A stretch of DNA of 64,000 bases from Bdellovibrionales bacterium (lineage in GTDB: Bacteria > Bdellovibrionota > Bdellovibrionia > Bdellovibrionales > DASUEL01). The stretch's first letter is position 1. Every line of letters begins with the position of its first letter. The position numbers and the translations under genes were made by a program. Positions 39,996-49,337 of this stretch are shown in pieces. The notes under the pieces were generated by a model. It searched no databases and was not told the DNA's origin. It worked only from the letters and a program-made list of their open reading frames with translations. Location: the NCBI GenBank assembly GCA_050250255.1, contig JBFWOZ010000003.1, positions 32,001 through 96,000 on the forward strand. The letters are read 5' to 3'.

Positions 39996-40749
39996 AAGGT
40001 GTGCCGACTATATATTGAATATCGTCAGGTCGTCCAGCGGCTTCCTTTAGTAAATGACCATCCAGGCCATACTCTGCAAAGACCTCAACGGCGACATCTT
40101 GAATGGTGCGTCCATGACCTGTGCAAATTAAAACCGTAGGTGTGAAGGGTTCCTCCGTGAGGGCAACGAGCTGCTTACAGATCTCATCGGTTTTTATGTA
40201 ATCACGCACATTATATAGCCCTGATAGAGGGGAGAAATCCTTCTTTTGGGCTCTTATGTGAAGATTCGTAATGAGATATCCAGGTCTATGCAGCTTCGGC
40301 CAAATGCTAAAAACTCGGGCGATTATAAGTTCCGTTTTAGAGTTTTCAGAATATTTTTTTAGAGCAGTTTCCGCTTCCAATTTTGTTTTTGCATAAACAG
40401 ATCGGGGGCCAACGGGCGAATGAATATTGAGGGATTGCCCTTTGGGAGGCGCGGCAAAAACGTGCGCACTGGAAACATAAATAAAACGTTTGCATCCCGC
40501 TCCCTCGGCGGCTTGAAACCATTTTAAAGAACCATTCACATTCAGTTCGTAGGCCTTTTCAGGGGATCGTTCGCACTCCATAACGGAGGCCAGGCCTGAA
40601 AGATGGATCATGCTAAAGGGCGCAGAGGTTTTTTCCTCAAGCTCCTTGTTCATTTGTTCGACACTCTCTTCGAGGCGCGTTTTTAAAGGAATGGGGCCAG
40701 GAGGCATGTCGGAACCAATACTTCCTGTCGAGCCTGTGTAAACAATCAT
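39964..40749 (-). CDS. NAD(P)-dependent nucleotide-sugar epimerase/reductase (extended SDR)
   Basis: TGSTGSIG, SSAHVF, YAKTK, VRDYI. Confidence 0.85.
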   Translation of the reverse strand: MIVYTGSTGSIGSDMPPGPIPLKTRLEESVEQMNKELEEKTSAPFSMIHLSGLASVMECERSPEKAYELNVNGSLKWFQAAEGAGCKRFIYVSSAHVFAAPPKGQSLNIHSPVGPRSVYAKTKLEAETALKKYSENSKTELIIARVFSIWPKLHRPGYLITNLHIRAQKKDFSPLSGLYNVRDYIKTDEICKQLVALTEEPFTPTVLICTGHGRTIQDVAVEVFAEYGLDGHLLKEAAGRPDDIQYIVGTPYEFKNKQPWS

Positions 40750-40940
40750 GAGTGAGACTGTAACTGTGCGCTGACTTGAAAATCAATGACAATTTACCAG
40801 CGATTCCCAGATGACAAGCTTTCAATATGTTTGCATTTTTTTTGATGAGTCTTGTTTTAAAAGATCTTTCGTCATAGTCGCGAATTCTTTGTGTGGGTGC
40901 CGGTACGGGCGTGGAGATTCTTGCACCAGTTGTTGTACGA

Positions 40941-41786
40941 CTAGCCTCCTAGGAAATATCTAGAAAAATTATCAAAAAAAGACTGGTTTGGTTTTAGGTG
41001 TGAGAGCTCATCTTTTAATTGATCCATTACAATGACAGATAAATCTCTAGCAGTGATTGTAATTTTAGGAAGAGGTCTCGAACGATCACCCTGTGGGCCA
41101 GCCATGCGACCTTGGGAGATTGTATTTCTGTAGTGAAGAGAAGCCTCATTTAATTCTTTAGATTCTAGAATGCGCCTCAGAGCGGGTCCTAAATATCTTA
41201 AAATTTTACCTTCTTTTGAAGTTGATTGAGAAAGCGTTGTGTAGTGATGGGTTAGGTCTCCATAGAAGTCGACTTCCCCTATAGACAAACTCTGTTCAAA
41301 AGCAAAGCTACGTTCTGGTTGAAGCGAAATTAAAAGTCTTGTTAGGCTACGTGGTAGTCCTTTAACAAACATATCACCCAAACTCCTCACTTCTGCGAGT
41401 GGGATACGTTGGTGAATAGGGCGAGATGTTTCGTACCCTTCTGTTGCTACTGGAATTCCATAAGCCTCATGAATTTTATCCAGGCGTCTTGCGAGTATTA
41501 ATGTCTCTTCATGAGTTACGGGAGACGAAACTGCGTTTATATTTCTAGGGTTTCTCAAGAACTGTTCCAAAACACTCAGGATAATCACGAAATTTGTTTT
41601 TGGAAAACGAGTGTTAGCATCCATGATTCTTTGAAATACCTGGTCTCTCATCTCACGGGGAGAGGTTTCCGTGGGTGTTGAAGCGGATGAGTTAATATGA
41701 GCGCAAGTGTTTGTTGCAAGAGCGATGTCGAATAAGAAGGCTTGCATTAAAGATGTAAGAAAAATGGAGTAAATTAAAAAATGCAT
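40941..41786 (-). CDS. Hypothetical secreted protein next to the tRNA-Leu 3' end
   Basis: 281-aa ORF with signal peptide (ALA); no motif recognised. Confidence 0.65.
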   Translation of the reverse strand: MHFLIYSIFLTSLMQAFLFDIALATNTCAHINSSASTPTETSPREMRDQVFQRIMDANTRFPKTNFVIILSVLEQFLRNPRNINAVSSPVTHEETLILARRLDKIHEAYGIPVATEGYETSRPIHQRIPLAEVRSLGDMFVKGLPRSLTRLLISLQPERSFAFEQSLSIGEVDFYGDLTHHYTTLSQSTSKEGKILRYLGPALRRILESKELNEASLHYRNTISQGRMAGPQGDRSRPLPKITITARDLSVIVMDQLKDELSHLKPNQSFFDNFSRYFLGG

Positions 41787-41866
41787 AATTATATCTCTTA
41801 AGCCTTCCCTGAGAACATAGGTGTGCCCTCAGATAAAAACCTTTTTAAACTGATAAAAGAAAGTAA

Positions 41867-41882
41867 TGCAGGATGTTTGCCA
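41867..41882 (-). promoter_or_regulatory. Sigma54-like promoter
   Basis: TGGCAA-ACATC-CTGCA (GG-N10-GC) about 80 nt upstream of ATG 41786. Confidence 0.45.
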
Positions 41883-41890
41883 GAAAGGTT

Positions 41891-41976
41891 TGGTGCGCGT
41901 GAGTGGACTTGAACCACCATGCCATTGCTGGCGCCAGCCCCTCAAGCTGGTGCGTCTGCCATTTCGCCACACGCGC
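41891..41976 (-). tRNA. tRNA-Leu(GAG)
   Basis: GCGCGTGTGGCGAAATGGCAGACGCA-CCAGC-TTGAGGG-GCTGG, long variable arm, GTTCAAGT, CACGCGCACCA. Confidence 0.95.
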
Positions 41977-42204
41977 AGATAACTTCCATGAATTCTAGAA
42001 TTCGTGTATTCGCGAATTCATTCAAGAGAACGCACACTTAAACATTCAAACTGAGATCTTGTCAACGCGAGGCTAACCCCAAAGCGGGGGAGTTCTGTCA
42101 TAGAAATATAAGAGTTTAGGATGAGCTCTCAGAATTGGGTCCACGGACGGACCCCTCATTTCTGCAAAACCTATGAGGGACGGAGCTATTCTCTCTCATC
42201 CTAT

Positions 42205-42219
42205 GTCTCAGAATGAGAC
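42205..42219. promoter_or_regulatory. Palindromic site, candidate activator/enhancer binding site
   Basis: GTCTCA-GAA-TGAGAC; related to 22775-22793. Confidence 0.5.
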
Positions 42220-42463
42220 TCCAAGTTTTCTCTCTAAAAATTCCTCAGTCAAATTGGCCACTTAGACTGGGTGTTTAAACTTCGTACATGAGATACGGTT
42301 TGCCTACAAATTCGTAAGTCCTTAATAGTACAAGGCTTTCAAGTTTTACTTTAACTGCGGAGCCGAAAAAGGTCTCTTTTCAGTAACTTACGAAATCTCC
42401 CTGCGCCCATAAGTTTTAGAAATTCATGAATGTTTTCAAGCTTTTGTAAACTCTTAAAAAACA

Positions 42464-42479
42464 CGGCACAGCCTTAGCA
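42464..42479 (+). promoter_or_regulatory. Sigma54 -24/-12 promoter
   Basis: CGGCAC-AGCCT-TAGCA (GG-N10-GC) about 50 nt upstream of ATG 42529; IHF-like TTTCAA-GCTT-TTG at 42434-42446. Confidence 0.6.
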
Positions 42480-42528
42480 ATTGAGTCCGTTGAGGGACTC
42501 TCTTGAAAAAGAGTTTTCTCTAGGAGTG

Positions 42529-43371
42529 ATGAAAGTGAAACCAAAAACATGGTCGAAAATTTTAGCGGTAGTACTTCTACTCTCGACTCTTGCAGCGTGT
42601 AGTAGCGGCGGACCTCAGGCTTCGGTACCTGCGGCAACAGCTGCTCCGACAACGCCACCTCCGCGTGGTGATGATTCTGACGGCGATGGTATTCCTGATG
42701 AGGATGACCCTGATACTCCTCCAGAAGATGATGAGGATATATCGGAGCGCTACAATTGGCCGAGCGGTTCTACAGTGAACTTACAAGTTGATTCGTACCA
42801 AACTTTGGAAAGCTTTCTTCAGCGACCTGCAAATATAGATATTAATGTGAATCCGGTAATGAAAATGAATGTGGATTTAGATCGATACCGTACAACTGGA
42901 TTTTTCTCAGGAAAGATTCGCCTCGCCTTTGAAGAAGCCTCGAGTACTGGCAGTGGGACAAAATATAATGAGTATATATTTGATGCGGGTAACGAAAGTT
43001 TATCGAACCTCACTTTATATAACGGCTTTTATAATATTGGTGGCGTGATTTACTTTAAAGGTTTTGCTCAAGATCGTTTTGGTGGTTTAATCATCATCGT
43101 CGATCAGGCAGATGGTGTAGGACCGCTGAGCGGAACGATTTACTTTAAAAATTTCCAATCTACGAACGTACAGAGCCAAGAGTATTGCTGGAATATTAAA
43201 TCGAGCGGCAACACGGCTTATAGCGGTTATGACTGCCGAGACTTCTTAGTGAATAACAACATCAATATGACGAGCTCGGTACATCCGAACAGAACAATAA
43301 ATGGACAAGGATTTTATACGAGACTTGGAACTTTTAGCATGTTGAACGGCTCAACGGCCATTAGACAATAA
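42529..43371 (+). CDS. Hypothetical lipoprotein with a TSP3-like acidic Ca-binding motif
   Basis: RBS AGGAG; lipobox LAAC; Pro/Ala linker; DSDGDGIPDEDD; beta-rich domain with a Cys pair. Confidence 0.85.
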   Translation: MKVKPKTWSKILAVVLLLSTLAACSSGGPQASVPAATAAPTTPPPRGDDSDGDGIPDEDDPDTPPEDDEDISERYNWPSGSTVNLQVDSYQTLESFLQRPANIDINVNPVMKMNVDLDRYRTTGFFSGKIRLAFEEASSTGSGTKYNEYIFDAGNESLSNLTLYNGFYNIGGVIYFKGFAQDRFGGLIIIVDQADGVGPLSGTIYFKNFQSTNVQSQEYCWNIKSSGNTAYSGYDCRDFLVNNNINMTSSVHPNRTINGQGFYTRLGTFSMLNGSTAIRQ

Positions 43372-43413
43372 GGACCGAGAGTAAAGGACTTAGGTTCTTA
43401 GGAGGATAGAAAA

Positions 43414-44088
43414 ATGAAAACCACAACTGTTCGCGCAGCAAACAATTATAAATTGTTTTATCTGTGGTTCACTGTCTTAGCTTTTGCTTTGGCCTTCACA
43501 GGCTGCGGTAAGAAAGACAATAACGATAACGGCGGCGCACACGGAGGTTATGCTCCTCCAGGCACAGGCCCCGGCGGAGGCGTACTTCCTACGGGAGCGA
43601 TCGCTGCAGCTGGTGTAGGCCATATTGACGGAGGAACGGGAGCGCTTCTGGCAGATCTTGTACTCGAAATTCGCGTTGCCAACTACACGGGTCAATTACA
43701 ACCAGGTGTGAGCTACTCAGGACAAGTCGAAGCTTCAGGCGTGATCAGAGTTTCAAGAGCTGATCAGTACTGCGGAATTCCGGTAGGTGACTACGTGGTT
43801 TCTCCACTTCCAGGACGTCCAGGAACAATGACTTCTGGTCCAACAGGAAGCCAGCCAACGATTCGTGATTTGAATATTATCATCAATGGACCTTACGGAC
43901 CCATTCAAGTGAATTTACCAGAGTTTTACCTCTACGCAAAAGCACCAGCGATTGTGGCCTTTAATGGTGGCCAATACCCATTCACGATGTTCGGTTGGAT
44001 GCAGATCACAAACCCTCCGGCGAACCCTTACTACAACGTTTCTATGTGCCGAGATATTCTGTCACAGTTTACGATCACAAGAATTTAA
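43414..44088 (+). CDS. Hypothetical lipoprotein
   Basis: RBS AGGAGG; lipobox FTGC; Gly/Pro linker; beta-rich domain with a Cys pair. Confidence 0.85.
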   Translation: MKTTTVRAANNYKLFYLWFTVLAFALAFTGCGKKDNNDNGGAHGGYAPPGTGPGGGVLPTGAIAAAGVGHIDGGTGALLADLVLEIRVANYTGQLQPGVSYSGQVEASGVIRVSRADQYCGIPVGDYVVSPLPGRPGTMTSGPTGSQPTIRDLNIIINGPYGPIQVNLPEFYLYAKAPAIVAFNGGQYPFTMFGWMQITNPPANPYYNVSMCRDILSQFTITRI

Positions 44089-44100
44089 GAGGTTAGAGTT

Positions 44101-44757
44101 GTGAGCTTCATGGGGAAAATCAAATTAAAAGTTCTACCGATGCTTCTGGCATTTACGATGCTAGGAGCTTGTGCAGAACGCTACCGTGAAGCCGATCCTG
44201 GCCGAAGTGCCGAGGAAGTCGAACAATTTCTTTCAGACATTCGCACGCGTGGAGCTTCGGGCTCTCAATCCGCAGCGGCTCTCAATTTAACAAAAGATCA
44301 ATCCTCCATGATTTATTTTGCAGAATCCGACAACACCGGAAAAGCAGCGATGGGACCTATCCATGTAGTTGCTCCTTTAAGTTTTGAAGATCTCGGGATC
44401 GACATTCAACCTAAAGATATGGAATATCTCCGAATCTTTTTCGTAGAAAATTTGAATAACGGTGACCGTGAATACGCTCTCATTATTGATGTGAAAAAAA
44501 CTGGAGCCCAGGCTCAAGCCTTTACGTTTGTTCATAATGCGACAACGGCCGAAGTTGGCTCTAGTGTGGATGACGGCGTATTTGAAGTGACTTTCCCTCT
44601 TAGTACACAAGGGAACAAGGCCCTCATTCTTCGATCTGATGATACGGATGCCGATTCAGAACTCATGGATGTCATCCAAATGCAATTTGGTGTGCTCTCT
44701 ACCGAAAACGAAGAATTCTCTATCGGCCAAGTCAGCTCGATGGTCGGCTTCCGCTAA
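44101..44757 (+). CDS. Hypothetical lipoprotein
   Basis: RBS GAGG; lipobox LGAC; beta-rich. Confidence 0.85.
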   Translation: MSFMGKIKLKVLPMLLAFTMLGACAERYREADPGRSAEEVEQFLSDIRTRGASGSQSAAALNLTKDQSSMIYFAESDNTGKAAMGPIHVVAPLSFEDLGIDIQPKDMEYLRIFFVENLNNGDREYALIIDVKKTGAQAQAFTFVHNATTAEVGSSVDDGVFEVTFPLSTQGNKALILRSDDTDADSELMDVIQMQFGVLSTENEEFSIGQVSSMVGFR

Positions 44758-44860
44758 ACCCCACTCCCTGACGCGAATCAAGGCGCACCCAGAGATATCG
44801 CTAAGCAATAAAACCCTATTTTACTTGCAAAGACCCCTATAGGTTCAGTTGAATCAAGTT

Positions 44861-45736
44861 ATGTCACTGAAGTACTGGGTCGATTTTTTTGATGATCTCC
44901 AACAAATTCGTGGGCGTTCGCTCAACACAGTTATGGCTTATCGTCGTGACCTTGAACTCTACGCGCAGTTTGCAGACACCAAACAAGACATTCGCCAGTT
45001 CTATTCTTTCATGAAAAAACAAAAGCTCAGCACGCGCTCTCAGGCACGCGTGATTTCGAGCCTTCGTACCTATTTAAAATTTTGTGAGACGAAGGGGGAT
45101 GAGCGCCCGGAGCTCCGCGAGCTTCGTCCACCAAAAGTGAAGGTGGGATTACCTCAAGTACTATCTCTCGAAGAGTTTAAATCTTTACTGGAAGCTTGTC
45201 GGGTAGAGAATCCGTATCGTTCTGCCAGAAATCAGCTCACGTTACTCATGCTCTTTGGAGTGGGTTGTCGTGTGAGCGAACTCATCGCCATGGATTTAAA
45301 AGATTTCAATGAAATCGATGGTCACTTAGTGATTACCGGTAAAGGAAATAAGCAACGTCTTGTTCCTTTGACGGATCGATTGCTGAAAGAATTAAAAATT
45401 TATCTTTCAGACGTGAGACAACACTTGGTGAAAAAAGAGAGTGAACAAGCGATTCTCATCAACGATCGTGGTCACAGACCAAGTCGAGTGGATATTTGGA
45501 GATGGCTTGCCGCTTGGTCTGCGAAAGCGGGTGCTAAAGAAACGATTAACCCGCACAAATTCCGTCACGGTTGCGCAACGGCTCTTTTAGAATCCGGTGC
45601 GGATTTAAAATCTATCCAAATGCTTTTAGGTCATGCAAGTCTTCAGACAACTCAAATCTATACCAATGTGACCACTCAACGTTTAGTGGAGACAGTTCAA
45701 GAACACCATCCACTTTCTAAAATTAACGAAATCTAA
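44861..45736 (+). CDS. xerD: Tyrosine recombinase XerD
   Basis: SLNTVMAYRRDL, GCRVSEL, GKGNKQRLVP, PHKFRH, GADLKSIQMLLGHASLQTTQIY. Confidence 0.85.
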   Translation: MSLKYWVDFFDDLQQIRGRSLNTVMAYRRDLELYAQFADTKQDIRQFYSFMKKQKLSTRSQARVISSLRTYLKFCETKGDERPELRELRPPKVKVGLPQVLSLEEFKSLLEACRVENPYRSARNQLTLLMLFGVGCRVSELIAMDLKDFNEIDGHLVITGKGNKQRLVPLTDRLLKELKIYLSDVRQHLVKKESEQAILINDRGHRPSRVDIWRWLAAWSAKAGAKETINPHKFRHGCATALLESGADLKSIQMLLGHASLQTTQIYTNVTTQRLVETVQEHHPLSKINEI

Positions 45737-45859
45737 AATTTATAGAGTCTGGCGCGCCGCTTTAATCCGTTAAAGCAAGTCGCACTTCGGAAACAAAAAG
45801 TCCTCTTTTGCCAGTAAGAAGTTTTCTCCCTTGGCTTTTGTTTGCAGAGTTGTCTGCTC

Positions 45860-47356
45860 ATGAAAGTGCATTCACTGGTTCAATGGGGTTTAGGATTTAG
45901 AAAAATAGAAGTCGAAGTGAATTTGGCTCCTGGTTTACCAACCATGCAGATTTTAGGTCAGCCCGATAAGGTGATTAAAGAAAGTGCCTGGCGAATTCGC
46001 TCGGCGTTTGATCGGCAGGGCTTTCAGTGGCCAACAAGTCGGCAGATCTTAGTGAATCTGAAACCTTCTCACATAAAAAAAGTGGGTTCCGGTTTGGATT
46101 TAGCCATTGCTTCTGCTCTTCTTTGGGAGACGGGGCAAGTTCCGGTTCCTGAAGAGGCTGTGCCTCTTTTGTATGGCGAATTGAGTTTAACGGGAGACGT
46201 TTCTTGCCCACCGCATTTTGTGGATTATCAGTCAGAAACAAAAAAGGAATACATTTATACCGGAAAGACAGAACAAAAATTTCCCTTCGGTAGCTTGCAA
46301 ATTTCTCAGCTATCGGATTTAGGAAATCCATTGAGGCAAGACGCTGATTGGAGTTCGCTCGTGGTAGATAGACCAGAACATGGTGAGTGGAAATTTTCTC
46401 GCGAGCTCGCAAAGATTATTGCGATTGTTGCGCACGGAGAGCATTCTGCGCTCTTCGCGGGACCCGCTGGAACCGGAAAGACGACCGTCGCGCACGCGAT
46501 CTGGAGTCTTCTACAAGAACCTGCAAAGAAAGACGTGTTGCTACTTCGCCAAATCGCGAGACGCTTTGGACAAACTCTCTCTTGGCGGCCTTTTGTGAAT
46601 CCCCATCACTCTATGCCTCAGCTATCTTTGATTGGCGGTGGAAATTCTCCCAGGCCCGGTGAAATTACAAGAGCTCATGGAGGAGTTCTTCTTTTTGATG
46701 AACTTTTAGAGTTTCAACCAAAAGTCTTAGAGAGTTTGCGAGAGCCGATGGAATCGGGGATGGTAAGTATCAGTCGAGGATCTGAAGTAGAGGTTTATCC
46801 GAGCCAGTTTTTGTTTTTGGCGACGACAAACTTGTGTCGCTGTGGGGAATTTGTTCCGGATCGATGGAACCGTTGTCGTTGTACAGATCGCTCACGAATG
46901 CAGTATCAAGAAAAACTCTCTGGCCCAATTTTAGATCGCATTTCGGTGAAAGTTCTATCACATGAATGGCAGCAGGGCCCTCAAGAAATTCTATCGAAGG
47001 ACATTCTAAAAAGATTAGAAAAATCTCGAGCTTTTATTTTGGAATCTCGAGCACAGGTACGCCGCAATTCCTCGCTCTCCTTGCAGGATCTTGAACCTAT
47101 GCTTACAAAAAGCAGTCTCTTTGGCGTGAAGAACGGCGTGATCGGTTCTCATAGGCGTTATCTACAATGGCTTCAGGTAGCTCGAAGTGTGGCTGATTTA
47201 GAGAGTTCCTTAATGATTGAACCCCATCACCTGGAAGAAGCTCGCAAATTAGGGTCTTTAGAACTCCATAGACCTCTGTGTCAGCCCCCAATAAAGCCCG
47301 TAAGAAAGAAAACGAAGACCTCATCTGAGTTGACTCAAAGCACAGACTCAGTTTAG
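45860..47356 (+). CDS. comM: ComM/YifB AAA+ helicase (Mg-chelatase-like)
   Basis: ILVNLKPS, GLDLAIA, GELSLTG, GPAGTGKT, PGEITRAHGGVLLFDE, LREPMESG, LSGPILDRI. Confidence 0.92.
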   Translation: MKVHSLVQWGLGFRKIEVEVNLAPGLPTMQILGQPDKVIKESAWRIRSAFDRQGFQWPTSRQILVNLKPSHIKKVGSGLDLAIASALLWETGQVPVPEEAVPLLYGELSLTGDVSCPPHFVDYQSETKKEYIYTGKTEQKFPFGSLQISQLSDLGNPLRQDADWSSLVVDRPEHGEWKFSRELAKIIAIVAHGEHSALFAGPAGTGKTTVAHAIWSLLQEPAKKDVLLLRQIARRFGQTLSWRPFVNPHHSMPQLSLIGGGNSPRPGEITRAHGGVLLFDELLEFQPKVLESLREPMESGMVSISRGSEVEVYPSQFLFLATTNLCRCGEFVPDRWNRCRCTDRSRMQYQEKLSGPILDRISVKVLSHEWQQGPQEILSKDILKRLEKSRAFILESRAQVRRNSSLSLQDLEPMLTKSSLFGVKNGVIGSHRRYLQWLQVARSVADLESSLMIEPHHLEEARKLGSLELHRPLCQPPIKPVRKKTKTSSELTQSTDSV

Positions 47357-47420
47357 TTTGATCCCTTCCCGCGGATATCTGATATCACGCTGTCGGATAT
47401 CTGGTATCTGATAAATTTAG

Positions 47421-47494
47421 GGTGGCGTAGCCAAGTGGCTAGGCACCGGTCTGCAAAACCGTCTACGCGAGTTCGATTCTCGCCGCCACCTCCA
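47421..47494 (+). tRNA. tRNA-Cys(GCA)
   Basis: GGTGGCGTAGCCAAGTGGCTAGGCA-CCGGT-CTGCAAA-ACCGT...GTTCGATTC-CGCCACC-TCCA; U discriminator. Confidence 0.95.
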
Positions 47495-47654
47495 AACTTC
47501 TCTGACTATAGTTTCAAAAACTGAAGTAAGTACTGAAATTCAAACAACAATGGATTCAATAAGTTACAGAATTCAGGTCGTCGAAAAATAACAAAAAATA
47601 ATGAAAGATAATGGGCTCTTCCCCAAAACTCCATTCACTTCGAATGGAGTTGTC

Positions 47655-48503
47655 TCAACGACAGCCCATCGTTTTGATAATTTTATGTTCGGGAGCAATA
47701 TAAATAACAAATTCAAGATCCTCTTTTTTATCCTCTATTCTGATAAACTCTATTTCAAAATCCGACGCAATTTCGACCATATTATAGTGCTTTAGAATTC
47801 TGGTATGATGCCATCCACTTCCACTGCTCTTGGAAAAGCCATATAAGCGACATAGAAAGTCTCGATCAAGTGTTTCTCCAGACCAGTTGTGAAGATAAAA
47901 TGAACCAAGGCGTCCAATTGTCACCGAAGGATTTGAAATTACAAGAGTCCCATCAAGAAGTTTCGTAACGAAATCAATGTGTAGTTGTACGCCCTGAACA
48001 TTTGGGTCATTAAATTGAACTAATGATGGATACGATGCTGGGGTCGCACTAAAAACCTGGTTCCAGTTATTTCGAACTTCCGTACCCACTTGATAGCGAT
48101 CTTGAATTCCCAAGAGTCCGCTAATTTCTATGCCGACGGTTACGTATTTATCTATAATAGTTCCTGAGATCCAGCGATTACGGTCTATTTTGATGGACAA
48201 CTCTTGACGATCAAAAAGAGCATCCTTTGGATTTCCACTTTCATCGAACAAAGGTTCGTTCGAAAAAATCAATTTCGCTTTACCGAAACTATTAAGACTG
48301 GTTTGAATCTTCTCAACTACATTAAGACATGTGGTTGTAGAAATAGAAGGGTGTTTCTTTTGGGTGCCCATCCAAATGCAAATCTTATCAGCGGCAATTA
48401 AAAACTCTGTAGCCGCCGGATCACCGCCTCCTCTGCCTTGGTCCGCATAAGTAATTGATCCGAATAAAAAAGCTACTAAAGCTAAGCCTTTTGTTATTTT
48501 CAT
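47655..48503 (-). CDS. Hypothetical secreted protein, translationally coupled to the TIGR02147 gene
   Basis: ATGA overlap at 48500-48503, RBS AAGGA, signal peptide then DQGRGGGD. Confidence 0.75.
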   Translation of the reverse strand: MKITKGLALVAFLFGSITYADQGRGGGDPAATEFLIAADKICIWMGTQKKHPSISTTTCLNVVEKIQTSLNSFGKAKLIFSNEPLFDESGNPKDALFDRQELSIKIDRNRWISGTIIDKYVTVGIEISGLLGIQDRYQVGTEVRNNWNQVFSATPASYPSLVQFNDPNVQGVQLHIDFVTKLLDGTLVISNPSVTIGRLGSFYLHNWSGETLDRDFLCRLYGFSKSSGSGWHHTRILKHYNMVEIASDFEIEFIRIEDKKEDLEFVIYIAPEHKIIKTMGCR

Positions 48504-49297
48504 TTTTCTTTTCCTTTCGTTTGAGTCAATGGGTAAAAACAAATTCCCAATTGATAAACTTGATTAGATTGAACTTTTTCTCTTTGTAAAAACCCACTAA
48601 ATTTTCGACGAAAGTCGTTGAGCATCTTTTTAGCCTTTGGTAGATCGGCCATAGCTATCGCTACCGTACTGCTGATGTTATGCCGACTCTCTTTTTGTAC
48701 ATTCTCAAGAGCTTCAATACCCATGGTGAGGATTTGCTTTTGATATTTACGAAGAGCCGAATTCGTAAATGAGGTTTCAATTCCAACTTCCGTACGATCC
48801 GCATGGCTTATCCACATACCGCTCTTTGGTATTTCTATAAGATCAAGACGTTCAAGTCTTTCAAGTGCAATTGTGACTTGGCTTACCGTAATCTTGAGTT
48901 GTTTCGCAATCCACTTTGGATCATTTTGGAAAGTCTCGAGTCTCATCAATTCAAGAATTGCGTCGTGATACCATTCAGACATCACAATAAATGAATCAAT
49001 AGAAAGGTCTTGAATACCCTGACGAGAACCATCCTTATTTAATTTACTTCGAAAAGGTTCAATCTCTTGTGGACCTAAATCTAAAGCGTTCGCTAAGGTT
49101 ATTAGCATTTTTTCACTAAGGGAGCGTTTTCCGCGCAACAGCTGCGACAAAGTGCTGTGATCAATCTTTAAAGCCTGAGCAAAAGCTCTGAGTGAATAAC
49201 TCGGATTTTTTTCGCAACGGCGTAGTAGCTCCAATTGAAGATACTGTCGAAAATTTTTAGTACTTAGCGAACCTTGCCGCTTCTCGGTATATTCCAT
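48500..49297 (-). CDS. TIGR02147-family protein (HTH + DUF4423)
   Basis: KNPSYSLRAFAQAL, LSQLLRGKRSLS, SEWYHDAILEL, WIAKQL, LERLERLDLI, ALRKYQKQ, VYQLGICFYPLT. Confidence 0.85.
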   Translation of the reverse strand: MEYTEKRQGSLSTKNFRQYLQLELLRRCEKNPSYSLRAFAQALKIDHSTLSQLLRGKRSLSEKMLITLANALDLGPQEIEPFRSKLNKDGSRQGIQDLSIDSFIVMSEWYHDAILELMRLETFQNDPKWIAKQLKITVSQVTIALERLERLDLIEIPKSGMWISHADRTEVGIETSFTNSALRKYQKQILTMGIEALENVQKESRHNISSTVAIAMADLPKAKKMLNDFRRKFSGFLQREKVQSNQVYQLGICFYPLTQTKGKEK

Positions 49298-49337
49298 GTT
49301 GCAGAGATTAAAGGCAGACACGTCAAACTGCAATCGA

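Noticed and set aside
40895..40927. Possible att remnant of the tRNA-Leu 3' end (GGTGCCGGTACGGGCGTGGAGATTC)
   Set aside because: Similarity needs gaps and many mismatches; not distinguishable from chance
42137..42179. GGGTCC-ACGGAC-GGACCC hairpin and adjacent CCCTCAT/ATGAGGG stem as a REP or ncRNA
   Set aside because: Short stems and a single copy in the window; insufficient support
42270..42304. GGCAAACC on the minus strand suggesting a c-di-GMP-I riboswitch
   Set aside because: No GNRA loop or GGACGCAAA element follows, and only a tRNA lies downstream
44861..45736. Tyrosine recombinase as the integrase of the tRNA-Cys islet
   Set aside because: Motifs and size fit housekeeping XerD, and it lies outside the repeat-bounded segment
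45832..45846. TGGC...TTGCA sigma54-like motif before comM
   Set aside because: GG-to-GC spacing is 9, not the required 10
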